Shown piece after piece: positions 51,211 through 60,093 of a DNA stretch of 64,000 nt. Each line of letters opens with the position of its first letter. The first letter of the stretch is position 1. This DNA is from Nitrosopumilaceae archaeon. GTDB lineage: Archaea; Thermoproteota; Nitrososphaeria; Nitrososphaerales; Nitrosopumilaceae. The stretch covers positions 1,248,001 to 1,312,000 of the forward strand of contig CBDCCK010000002.1 in NCBI GenBank assembly GCA_965214835.1. The letters are read 5' to 3'. The notes beneath the pieces were generated by a model. It worked only from the letters and a program-made list of their open reading frames with translations. It was not told where the DNA came from and did no database searches. The position numbers and the translations under genes were made by a program.

Positions 51211-52578
51211 TTATGTGGTGCCTCTGGGAAGGCCAGAGATCAGGGACTTGGCTTTAGATACATAGTTTCTCATCAGATCGTCCAGCTTTTCCTGGGAACC
51301 TGCCTCGGCATATACCCGAACAATGGGCTCGGTGCCGCTGGGTCTGATCATCACCCATTCCCTTGGGCCAGACGAGATCTTTATTCCGTCGGTGGTGTCA
51401 GAGCCGGGAAACTCGGAGCTGAGGCAATCAACAAGCCGCGCTGCCTGCTCCGGCGTGCACTGGATCTTGTCCTTGGTTGTGTATGAGGGTGGCAGGGTGC
51501 CCATCAGATCGGCAACAGTCATCCCAGATGAGGCCAGTAGATCAAGCATTAGTCCCAGTGCCATCACGCCATCGCGGACTTGGTTGTGCTTTCCGTACAT
51601 GAACCCCCCGTTTTCCTCAAAACCCAAAACTGCGCCAGTCACAACCATCTTACGGGAGATCTCCACACTGCCAACCTTTGTTCGAATCACAGAGGAATCG
51701 AATTGTCTTGCGATGGCCTCAATGGCGGTGCCTGAATTCAGGCAGGTTACAACCTTGGAGCCGGGGCTGTTTTGCAAGATATGACGTGCAAGCAACAGTG
51801 CGGATCGGTCTCCGGTCATGACTTCCCCCTTGTTATCGCAGAAAATACTCCTGTCGCCGTCGCCGTCAAAGGCGATTCCCAAGTCCGCGCTATTCTCCCT
51901 GACGGATTCGGATAGTTCGGACAGGTTTTGCGGCGTGGGCTCAGAACCCCTACCCGGAAAGCTGCCGTCGATGTTCCCGTTTATTGCAACGATGTTGCAG
52001 TCCAAAAGGCGGCAAAACTCGGGTGCGGCCACTGCCTGTGCACCGTTTCCCAGATCCAAAACAACTGTAAACTGCTTTGATTTGATTTTTTGAGAGCTTA
52101 TTTGTGAGACGATGTTTTTCAGATAGACGGGGATGGCACCAGGCTCCTCTGAGGTTTTTCCAAGGGCATCAGAGTACGGACTCCAATTTCTTTTAAGGTA
52201 AAGATCCTCGATGATCTTTTCATCATCCCGGGAGATCTCTACGCCGTCAGACGCACAGGGCTTGATTCCGTTGTACTCGGGAGGGTTGTGAGATGCAGTT
52301 ACCATGATCCCACCTGCGTACCCAAGTTTTTTTGTGGCAAACTCCAAGCACGGGGTAGGAACGAGACCTGCGTTGCTACAGTCCAGACCATGGGCGTTCA
52401 GAGTGGCACATACGGTTCTGGCAATCAAGGGGCTAGATGTTCTGCCGTCATAACCGACCAGGATTGGCCCCCTTCGGACAAATGACGAAAACGAGGAGAT
52501 TAGATCGTGGATCATCTCCAGGGTGAGATCCTTGCCAAAGACCCCCCGCACCCCATTGGTTCCAAACAACTTTCCCAT
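51211..52578 (-). CDS. Phosphohexomutase (GlmM/PMM-PGM family)
   Basis: FGTNGVRG, TASHNP, DGDGDR, RPSGTEP. Confidence 0.92.
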   Translation of the reverse strand: MGKLFGTNGVRGVFGKDLTLEMIHDLISSFSSFVRRGPILVGYDGRTSSPLIARTVCATLNAHGLDCSNAGLVPTPCLEFATKKLGYAGGIMVTASHNPPEYNGIKPCASDGVEISRDDEKIIEDLYLKRNWSPYSDALGKTSEEPGAIPVYLKNIVSQISSQKIKSKQFTVVLDLGNGAQAVAAPEFCRLLDCNIVAINGNIDGSFPGRGSEPTPQNLSELSESVRENSADLGIAFDGDGDRSIFCDNKGEVMTGDRSALLLARHILQNSPGSKVVTCLNSGTAIEAIARQFDSSVIRTKVGSVEISRKMVVTGAVLGFEENGGFMYGKHNQVRDGVMALGLMLDLLASSGMTVADLMGTLPPSYTTKDKIQCTPEQAARLVDCLSSEFPGSDTTDGIKISSGPREWVMIRPSGTEPIVRVYAEAGSQEKLDDLMRNYVSKAKSLISGLPRGTT

Positions 52579-52624
52579 GTATCGTCTCAACAATAGATAA
52601 ATTTGTCTTTATTGGCGTCTCCAT

Positions 52625-52709
52625 GCGGGAGTTGCCAAGCCTGGTCAAAGGCGCAGGGCTTAGGACCCTGTCTTTCAGGAGTTCGTGGGTTCGAATCCCA
52701 CCTCCCGCA
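52625..52709 (+). tRNA. tRNA-Leu(TAG)
   Basis: Cloverleaf, CAGGG-CTTAGGA-CCCTG, long variable arm. Confidence 0.93.
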
Positions 52710-53319
52710 TACATCAAACCCCAGTGGTTGAAAATGTACGCTTTATGTGCCACCTGTATGGTGGTACTTACATCCATCCGCGGCTCTGCACGTATGGAAT
52801 TCTGCATGCCAAGGCCCCATGAGACGGAGGCCACAAGGAACAGCAGTACACTTCATCCATGGTAAAAACCCCCGCCGGTAACACGGTGATGTTCCTTTCG
52901 TCTTCTGATCCGTGCCTAGGCCGGGCTGTGCTTTATAGCTAACGCTAGCAACACGCACGTACCATTGTGCGGGTGGTGGGGCAGGATGTGATCCTACGCC
53001 GTCCCTGCCAGCTCGGTTATCCTCTTGATCTTCTTTTTGTACAGGGCGTCGCTGCGCGACGAGGACAGAGTCTTTGTCGTCAGCATGGGCCAGATTATCC
53101 TGAGCATCTTGTTTGCAACATGCGTTATCGCTATGACGTGGATGTTGCCGTTCCTTTTGCGAACCCTCTCGTAGAACTCCTTCATCCTGTCGTCGTACTG
53201 TACGGCGACGTTGGCTATCTGGATCATCAGCCAGTTGATCCTGCGATTTGCATCCTTTTTCATGTGGCCGTGGTACTCGCGGTCACCCGACTGGTACACC
53301 CTTGGACACAGGCCGGCCC

Positions 53320-53431
53320 AGGACACAAGATGGTTCGGTGATGGAAACCGAGTTATGTCGCGAATTGCACAGAAGGCCTTTTTGTCGCCGTAGGACACAA
53401 GATGGTTCGGTGATGGAAACCGGGTTATGTC
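53320..53431. repeat. 40-bp direct repeat enclosing a 32-bp insert
   Basis: 53320-53359 vs 53392-53431, one mismatch. Confidence 0.9.
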
Positions 53432-53519
53432 CCCGATCTCTGCTAGCAGCAGCATTGCAGCAAACGAGTCTATCCCCGTCATGCTCAGCAGTATCCTGGC
53501 ATATTCGCTGAGTCCTGCC

Positions 53520-53630
53520 TGTCTTCCTATGTCCTCCCCTGCCTGGTCTATCTCCGCAAGCCATGCCTCGTACATCCTCAACACATCATCGATGTCTTCC
53601 TATGTCCTCCCCTACTTGGTCTATCTCTGC
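53520..53630. repeat. 38-bp direct repeat enclosing a 35-bp insert
   Basis: 53520-53557 vs 53593-53630, three mismatches. Confidence 0.85.
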
Positions 53631-54254
53631 TGTGACAGATGCAATACTCCTGGTGCAGCTTGCCAGTATTCTGTTGTCGTTTGGCATGTCCAGTTTTGTC
53701 TCGGAAAGCTTTCGTATGGCCTTCCTGGAGTACATCGTGGATGCGTCTATGGCTATGTCGTACTTGTCAAGCCAAGCTGTGCAGCCCGTTTACGACTGAG
53801 GTCCTGTCCTGTACAAGCCGTATCCTGTACCTCATCAGCTCCCTGACATCCCTCATGTCTGGAGGGGACACGTAGCAGCGCGGCATGATTCCGGCCCTGA
53901 GCGTTTCGGCTATCTTCCTTGCGTCTATGGGATCAGTCTTTACACTGGTCTCCGATATTATCTTCATCTTGAGGGTGTTTGCCAGCAGTATGGGGATGTG
54001 CTGCTCCTCGAATGCCCTGAATGTCTTTAGCCACATGTTACCCGTTGACTCGCATGCGGCCTGGCACTTTTTGTACTCTTTTTTCAGCCTTGCTGCAAGC
54101 TTTGCCTCCTTGTACGTGTTGTCATACGAGCCCTCCTCTAGCACGTGTCCTTTGGAATCCACAACGCACACCGCATTTTCTCTTTCCAATGTCTATTCCT
54201 ATGCTTTTCAATCCTTTTCTCTCAACCTCCTTCCGGATATGGTTTGATAGATCA

Positions 54255-54390
54255 GAAGCTGCAGTCATCCATCAGTGCGCGTAGCACAGGAACACAACAG
54301 CGCGGATATCCCCATTCAACTGAGTGCACAAAGCACATGAAAATGAAGGGGTTGATCCATCACCCGGACTACGGCGGGGGTGTTTTTATC
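54255..54390 (-). ncRNA. Predicted IS110 bridge RNA
   Basis: 5' hairpin plus two stem/internal-loop/hairpin modules whose loops match the target (CATTTTC, AGTTGA) and the donor junction (TGTGTTC, ATGGATGA). Confidence 0.8.
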
Positions 54391-54452
54391 ATGTGTTCAA
54401 CTACTAAACCTGGTTGAAGAATTAATAAGGCAATTTTGCAAACCATACCACG

Positions 54453-55292
54453 TTGAAAACGACGGTGGGAATTACGGTGGTTGGAAAAGACAGGGAGGGG
54501 ATAGTCGCCGCATTTACGAACTTTGTGTTTGGGCAGCAAGGCAATGTAGAGAAGGTCAGCCAGAATGTTGTCAAGGGCCTGTTTGGAATGTACCTAGAGG
54601 CGTCATTTGGTAAAAAAATCAATGTCAAAAGTTTTGATCAGGAGCTGCAAAGACTTGCCAAGACGGAAAGAATGGAGGTCAGCACCCACCACGAATCAGA
54701 ATCGCAGAAAAACATTGCAGTCTTTGTGACCAAGGAACCCCACTGCTTGGAGTTACTGCTAAAAAACCAGTCCAAGCTAAGGGGCAAGATTGCAGTCATA
54801 GTGGGAACCGAAAAAACGCTAGAGTCGATGACCAAAAAGGCAGGGGTACCGTTCATCTGCGTAGAGGAGCGCACGCAGGCCAAGGCAGAATCAAGGCTGA
54901 TTGACATTTGTAAAAAATACGAGGTGGGCCTGATACTGCTGGCAAGATACATGAGGATTCTTACGCCAAATTTTGTGTGGCGGTATCCAAACAGGATCAT
55001 CAACATTCATCCGTCGTTGCTGCCGGCATTTCCCGGTGCAATTGCATACGAGCAGGCGTTTGAAAGGGGGACGAAAATTATCGGGGTGACATCACACTAT
55101 GTTACAGAGAACTTGGATCAGGGACCCATAATCTTCCAGGACGCGTTTGATGTTGGCTCCAGTGACACACTGGAAACAATAAAGAAAAACGGACAAAGGC
55201 TGGAGGCTACCACGCTTTTCAGAGCGGCCAAACTACACCTAGAAAACAAGTTAGAAGTGAATTGGAGAAAGGTCCACGTCAAGTTCAAGTGA
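54453..55292 (+). CDS. purU: Formyltetrahydrofolate deformylase
   Basis: ACT domain, LARYMRIL, INIHPSLLPAFPGA, LDQGPII. Confidence 0.92.
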   Translation: MKTTVGITVVGKDREGIVAAFTNFVFGQQGNVEKVSQNVVKGLFGMYLEASFGKKINVKSFDQELQRLAKTERMEVSTHHESESQKNIAVFVTKEPHCLELLLKNQSKLRGKIAVIVGTEKTLESMTKKAGVPFICVEERTQAKAESRLIDICKKYEVGLILLARYMRILTPNFVWRYPNRIINIHPSLLPAFPGAIAYEQAFERGTKIIGVTSHYVTENLDQGPIIFQDAFDVGSSDTLETIKKNGQRLEATTLFRAAKLHLENKLEVNWRKVHVKFK

Positions 55293-55296
55293 TTCA

Positions 55297-56022
55297 ATGA
55301 GGGGTATTTCTGCACAGTTTGATCCCGAGCTGAGGGGAGTGATAAAACAAAAAAAACTGACTGCAATCATTCCGGTGGGCTCCATTGAGCAGCACGGCCC
55401 GCACCTGCCGATCTCCACGGACTCGGAAATTGTCACCGAAATCGCAAGCAGGATAGGCTCCAAAATCAATGCGCTGGTACTTCCCACCATAACATACGGT
55501 GTATCGTTTGAGCACGCACCATTCTTTCATGCAAGCGTAAAAAAGCCAACACTGCAAAAACAGATCACAGAAATCTGCGAATCGCTAGGAGACGCCGGGA
55601 TAAGGAATATTTTTATCATAAATGGACACCATGGGAACCAAAAGGCTGTTTACCAGCTGGGCAAGAAAATATCAAGCAGAAGACTCAGGGTGTTTGAATT
55701 CTCATACTGGCATTTCATGGAGAGGTGCTTTGATCATGCAGGCTTTGTCGAAACGTCATTGATGCTGGCCATTTCAAAAAACGTCAAAATGGGGCTGGCC
55801 GAGAAGGGCCTCGATGAGAGGCAGTTCAGCGGGGCGGAGCTGGAAAGGATCGGCAGGCTGGCCTCAAAATCGTTTCCAAAGGCGACTAAAAACGGCATCT
55901 GGGGGGATCCAAGAGGCGCCACAAAAAGGGACGGACGGCAGATACTGTCAGAAATCGTCAGAAACCTGGAAAAAAAGTGTCAAACATGCCTAACAGGGCA
56001 AACGACCAAGTTACACCAATGA
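55297..56022 (+). CDS. Creatininase family amidohydrolase
   Basis: PVGSIEQHGPHLP..TD, EH, NGHHGN, DHAG..ETS. Confidence 0.9.
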   Translation: MRGISAQFDPELRGVIKQKKLTAIIPVGSIEQHGPHLPISTDSEIVTEIASRIGSKINALVLPTITYGVSFEHAPFFHASVKKPTLQKQITEICESLGDAGIRNIFIINGHHGNQKAVYQLGKKISSRRLRVFEFSYWHFMERCFDHAGFVETSLMLAISKNVKMGLAEKGLDERQFSGAELERIGRLASKSFPKATKNGIWGDPRGATKRDGRQILSEIVRNLEKKCQTCLTGQTTKLHQ

Positions 56023-56067
56023 AATTTTAATATAATCCCTGTCTATGAACGTCAATAAGTGAAATAA

Positions 56068-56301
56068 ATGTCCGTAGATATGGCAGTAAAAGTACTAGAT
56101 GAGAGTATCAGCAAGATAGTCTTGATCAAGCTCAAGGGCGGCAAGACCATCCGCGGCAGCTTACTCGGATTTGACCAGCACATGAATCTGCTACTCGACC
56201 AGTCAGAAGAGATCCCTTCTGAGGGCGACGCAAAGAGCCTGGGAACCATAGTTGTCAGAGGAGACAACGTGGTAATGATCTCCCCACCTCCATCATCATA
56301 G
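56068..56301 (+). CDS. Sm-like archaeal protein (Lsm)
   Basis: [14 protein letters not shown]; upstream of L37e. Confidence 0.93.
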   Translation: MSVDMAVKVLDESISKIVLIKLKGGKTIRGSLLGFDQHMNLLLDQSEEIPSEGDAKSLGTIVVRGDNVVMISPPPSS

Positions 56302-56312
56302 GGTGGATAACC

Positions 56313-56480
56313 ATGGTCAAAGGCACAACCTCAATGGGCGGCTTTACCAAGAAAAAGGTTCACATCAGGTGCAGGCGGTGTGGCAAGAACTCGTTCCATA
56401 AAAGGCACCACAGGTGCGCCAGTTGTGGCTTTCCAGAGGCAAAAATCCGTAAATACTCTTGGATCAAGTGGTACACATAG
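56313..56480 (+). CDS. rpl37e: Ribosomal protein L37e (not in ORF track)
   Basis: [29 protein letters not shown]. Confidence 0.93.
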   Translation: MVKGTTSMGGFTKKKVHIRCRRCGKNSFHKRHHRCASCGFPEAKIRKYSWIKWYT

Positions 56481-57350
56481 ATGCAGGAATTAGCAATCCT
56501 ACTCAGTTCTATAGCGGGAGCAGCATCAGCGGTCGCTGTAAGGAAATTTCCAAGGAATGCGACCAAGCTGCAAAGTATCGGGGCCGGCGCTCACATCAAA
56601 AATCAACAAAGTTCGCTAAAAATTGAAAAGGACATACTGAACAAGACCATTGCAAGGCTGTACGAGGACGACTCGGGTTTGTCAAAGATTCAAAGAGACA
56701 GGCTGCTACTAAAGTACCAGCACCAGCTCGGGATAATTTTGGCAAGGCTGGAAAAACTAGAGGCTGCAGGAAAGCATCCGGATCTGGGCCCCGTCGGCGA
56801 CGGTCTGATTACCCTGATGGATCAAAAGCTGTCGCAGTTAGACAGCAGGCTGTACGAGCTATCATCAAAGATTGCAGTCTCAAACCGGCAGGCAGCAGAG
56901 GAAAAAAAGGCGGCTGTCGGGGACGCCGAGAAACCAAGCCCGGTCAAAAAAATGCAAGAGGCGCTCAAGTTTGGCGAAGGGGGAAAGACCCATGCAATTG
57001 AAATTCCAAAGATGCGGAGGCCGATGGAGATTACAACACTGACGACGATACCTAAAAGCGCTCCAAAATACCCATTTGAGGAAAAGCCGCAGGCAGGACA
57101 GATCATAGAACCGCAAGAAATTCAAGCAAAGCCAAAGGCAGCCGGCCAGAAAGAAAAGATCCTTCAAGCTGGAGCAGGGATGTCAAAGCCCGAACACAGG
57201 CTGCCGGAACCAAGGGCACTGCCGGAACTAGGGCAGGAGGATGCCTCAAAAACTGCCGGCGGCGCAGAGGATGACGAGGACGACCTGGAAAAGATCAAGG
57301 GGGATATCTTGAAGACGCTGTCCAAGCTTGAGCAAGCCGAGGTGGAATAG
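56481..57350 (+). CDS. Membrane-anchored coiled-coil protein
   Basis: N-terminal hydrophobic segment, coiled coil, C-terminal LSKLEQAEVE. Confidence 0.7.
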   Translation: MQELAILLSSIAGAASAVAVRKFPRNATKLQSIGAGAHIKNQQSSLKIEKDILNKTIARLYEDDSGLSKIQRDRLLLKYQHQLGIILARLEKLEAAGKHPDLGPVGDGLITLMDQKLSQLDSRLYELSSKIAVSNRQAAEEKKAAVGDAEKPSPVKKMQEALKFGEGGKTHAIEIPKMRRPMEITTLTTIPKSAPKYPFEEKPQAGQIIEPQEIQAKPKAAGQKEKILQAGAGMSKPEHRLPEPRALPELGQEDASKTAGGAEDDEDDLEKIKGDILKTLSKLEQAEVE

Positions 57351-58025
57351 TTGTCATATGATGATGCAGTCAATGCATTATCAAAGGACGCGCTGAGATT
57401 TGTCAGAGACGGCCAGGTTCTAGGGCTGGGAAGCGGCCGGGCCGCAACTGCCTTTGTAAGGGCGCTGGGAAGGCGCATCAAAAGTGAAAATCTGAATGTT
57501 AAGGGGATCCCGACATCGCTGCAGATCAGGATCACCGCAGAGGAAAACGGCGTTCCGCTAATCGAGGCCAATCAGGCCAGTGGCATCGACATAGTCTTTG
57601 ACGGCGCAGATCAGATCGATGCCAAAGGGTTCCTAGTCAAGGGAGGGGGCGGGGCCCTGCTGCGGGAAAATATCCTGATCAGCTCGGCAAAAAAGGTAGT
57701 CATCATGGCAGACAGGACAAAATTTGTAAAAAAGATCAGCATGGCGATTCCCGTAGAGGTCCACCCAAGTGCAAGAAGGACGGCGGCAGCGGCAATCCAG
57801 GGGATCGGCGGCAAGCCCAATCTTAGGACACTGGACAGGGGATATCCGTTCTTTACGGAAAACGGAAACATAATCTTGGATTGTAACTTTGGAGTCGTGC
57901 AAGACCCAAGGCGGCTGTCACAGCGGATCATCGGCATTGCAGGAGTCATGGAGGCAGGCATATTTGCCAGGAGGCCTGACGTAGTCTACAGGGCCAAGGC
58001 AAACGGAAAGTTCGACATCATGTAG
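57351..58025 (+). CDS. rpiA: Ribose-5-phosphate isomerase A
   Basis: GLGSG, DGADQID, KGGGGALLRE, TENGN. Confidence 0.95.
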   Translation: MSYDDAVNALSKDALRFVRDGQVLGLGSGRAATAFVRALGRRIKSENLNVKGIPTSLQIRITAEENGVPLIEANQASGIDIVFDGADQIDAKGFLVKGGGGALLRENILISSAKKVVIMADRTKFVKKISMAIPVEVHPSARRTAAAAIQGIGGKPNLRTLDRGYPFFTENGNIILDCNFGVVQDPRRLSQRIIGIAGVMEAGIFARRPDVVYRAKANGKFDIM

Positions 58026-59412
58026 AGGCCGGGCGCCTCACCAGCCTCCCGTGACCCTTTTTGCCGGTTACCTCAAAGTCCTCTGCCACGATTTCGCCCC
58101 TGACTAGAGTCTTTACCGGCCAGCCCCTAAGCTGCCAGCCGTCATACACGGCATAGTCAGAGAACCCCCCAAACATCGCGCCATCTACCTTTTTCTCCAG
58201 TTTCAGGTCAATGATTGCCACGTCTGCATCAAACCCCCTCTCAAGGGAGCCTTTTTGGGGATGCATTCCGAAGATACGGGAGGCGTTATAGCTGGTCAGG
58301 CCGACAAGACGCTCCAGTGAGATCCTGCCTCTGTTGACACCCTCGCTTAGCAGGATCGGCAGCACGGTGCCAATCCCGGGAAAGCCGGCAAGGGCCCCCC
58401 AAACGTCCTTTCCGCCGAGCTTTAGATTCAATCGGTTTGCAACATGATCGGTGCCAATACAGTCAACCTCGCTTGAGGATACCGCATCCCACATGGCAGA
58501 GACATCGGATTTTGAGCGTATCGGGGGCATTACCTTTGCAAGATATCCCTGCTGCTGCTCATAGGAGAGCGTAAGATAGTGGGGGCACGACTCTACGAAA
58601 ACCCTGGTTCCGTTTTGCTTTTCCTTTCTTATTTGCTCCAGTGCAGCCCGGGAGCCGACATGGACGAAATAGACGGTGCATCCAAACTCCCTGGCGTGTC
58701 TTGAGACCGTGGCAATGGCCTTTGCCTCAAACTCTGGGGAGCGACTCTCAGACCATGCAGACAGGCCGTCCCGGTTTTTTTCCCTTGCGGTCTTGATTCC
58801 GCATGCACATGACTCGTAATCCTCGGCATGGACGAGGACCGGGCATTTCAGCTCTGCTGCCCTCTTGACTGTACTGCGCACGACCTCATCGGTAACGTTG
58901 ACATGCGCGTCATAAAGTCGGCCCGAGCCCGGATCCATGTCCATGTAGACATGCCCGATATCATCGCCAAGGTTCATGTACAGCTTGAACGAGGTGATCC
59001 CGTTGTCGGTACAATGCTTCATCTCGCCGATTTGGTTTTGGTTGAAGATGGAGGCGTGGATTGTATAATCGACATAATGGGACTGTGCGCTTGCGGCAAG
59101 CTGTGCAGAAAGATCCCTTTCGTAAGAGCCCCCAAGGCGGAGCATGCGCATCATTGTTGTAATCCCGCCTATTGCCGCAGCGTGTGACTCGGTGGCAGCT
59201 GCCTTTTCTATCGGGGAATAGACACCGTAATGGACGTGGGTGTCAATCGGTCCGGGAATGGAGACTAGGCCCTTGGCGTTGATTTTTTTGTCACATGCAG
59301 GCACGTCACTAGTCAGGGCGGCCACCCTACCGCCATCGATTACAATGTTCCTGTCGATCACGCCGGAGGGCAACACGACGTGCGAATCCACGATTACAGA
59401 GTCAGCCGTCAT
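58018..59412 (-). CDS. Cyclic amidohydrolase (dihydroorotase/allantoinase family)
   Basis: PGPIDTHVH, GGITT, FKLYM, VHAE, ESCPHYL, GTDH. Confidence 0.88.
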   Translation of the reverse strand: MTADSVIVDSHVVLPSGVIDRNIVIDGGRVAALTSDVPACDKKINAKGLVSIPGPIDTHVHYGVYSPIEKAAATESHAAAIGGITTMMRMLRLGGSYERDLSAQLAASAQSHYVDYTIHASIFNQNQIGEMKHCTDNGITSFKLYMNLGDDIGHVYMDMDPGSGRLYDAHVNVTDEVVRSTVKRAAELKCPVLVHAEDYESCACGIKTAREKNRDGLSAWSESRSPEFEAKAIATVSRHAREFGCTVYFVHVGSRAALEQIRKEKQNGTRVFVESCPHYLTLSYEQQQGYLAKVMPPIRSKSDVSAMWDAVSSSEVDCIGTDHVANRLNLKLGGKDVWGALAGFPGIGTVLPILLSEGVNRGRISLERLVGLTSYNASRIFGMHPQKGSLERGFDADVAIIDLKLEKKVDGAMFGGFSDYAVYDGWQLRGWPVKTLVRGEIVAEDFEVTGKKGHGRLVRRPAST

Positions 59413-59487
59413 CTTGACTCTTGTGGGATTTTATGGGTATTATGCGTTGAGTAAATGAATAAAGCACGGGGCGTGGGCAGACATTCG

Positions 59488-59559
59488 GGGCCGGTGGTTT
59501 AGGAGTATAACGCCGCGTTCGCAACGCGGAAGTCGGGGGTGCGAATCCCTCCCGGTCCA
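59488..59559 (+). tRNA. tRNA-Ala(CGC)
   Basis: CCGCG-TTCGCAA-CGCGG, G3:U70 pair. Confidence 0.92.
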
Positions 59560-59593
59560 TCAAAATATTGTACCTTTTATGCGTTCCAGGAAC

Positions 59594-59707
59594 ATGGAGA
59601 TCAAGATGAAGCTTACGATGGAGGAATTCGAGAGGGTGGGGCAGGCCGCCCCGCTTGACCTTTTCAACCAGGGGATCAAGGCGGAGATGACGCGCGAAAA
59701 ATACTGA
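59594..59707 (+). pseudogene. Probable integrase 5' fragment cut by IS3
   Basis: MEIKMKL..LFNQGIKAEMTREKY right after a tRNA; resembles N-termini of thaumarchaeal integrases (from recall). Confidence 0.45.
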
Positions 59708-60093
59708 TCTGGACCCCGTATTTTCGAACCACTTTTTGGGCGTTTTTGCGTAGTTCTGGCATCATCTGCCTGCCTCCCTTTGGTGCCGTACGATGAACTC
59801 CATCGGAGTGAGATATCCAAGCGAGGAGTGTATTCTATCATGGTTGTAGTCCCTAAAGGCCTCCTTTATGACGTCTGAGGCGTCCTAGGAGCCAAATTCA
59901 TGAGGCCACAGGTACTCCCTCTTGATGCTTCCGTGAAACGACTCTATGTGGCCGTTTTGTTCTGGCGTCCTGTATGCTATGAGCTCGTGCCTTATTCCCA
60001 GCCGTTTCAGGGACTCCCTGAACATGCGCGACGTATACTGAGAACCGTTGTCTGTCCGCAGGGTCAGCATGCTGCAGTCCGGATCTGCTGCCG

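Larger units (their letters stand above)
52853..54398 (-). mobile_element. IS110-family element (transposase pseudogene 52994-54211)
   Basis: KSIGIDIG, ACESTG, KTDPIDA, AEIGDITRF, SWAGLCP..QSG; TTCA at both ends; ~35-bp imperfect sub-terminal inverted repeats. Confidence 0.9.
52722..54406. mobile_element. ~140-bp ISH3-type miniature element whose right TIR is split by IS110
   Basis: Left CAGTGGTTGAAAATGTAC; right GTACACTTC(52846-54)+AACTACTA(54399-406); flanks AACCC/AACCT. Confidence 0.7.
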
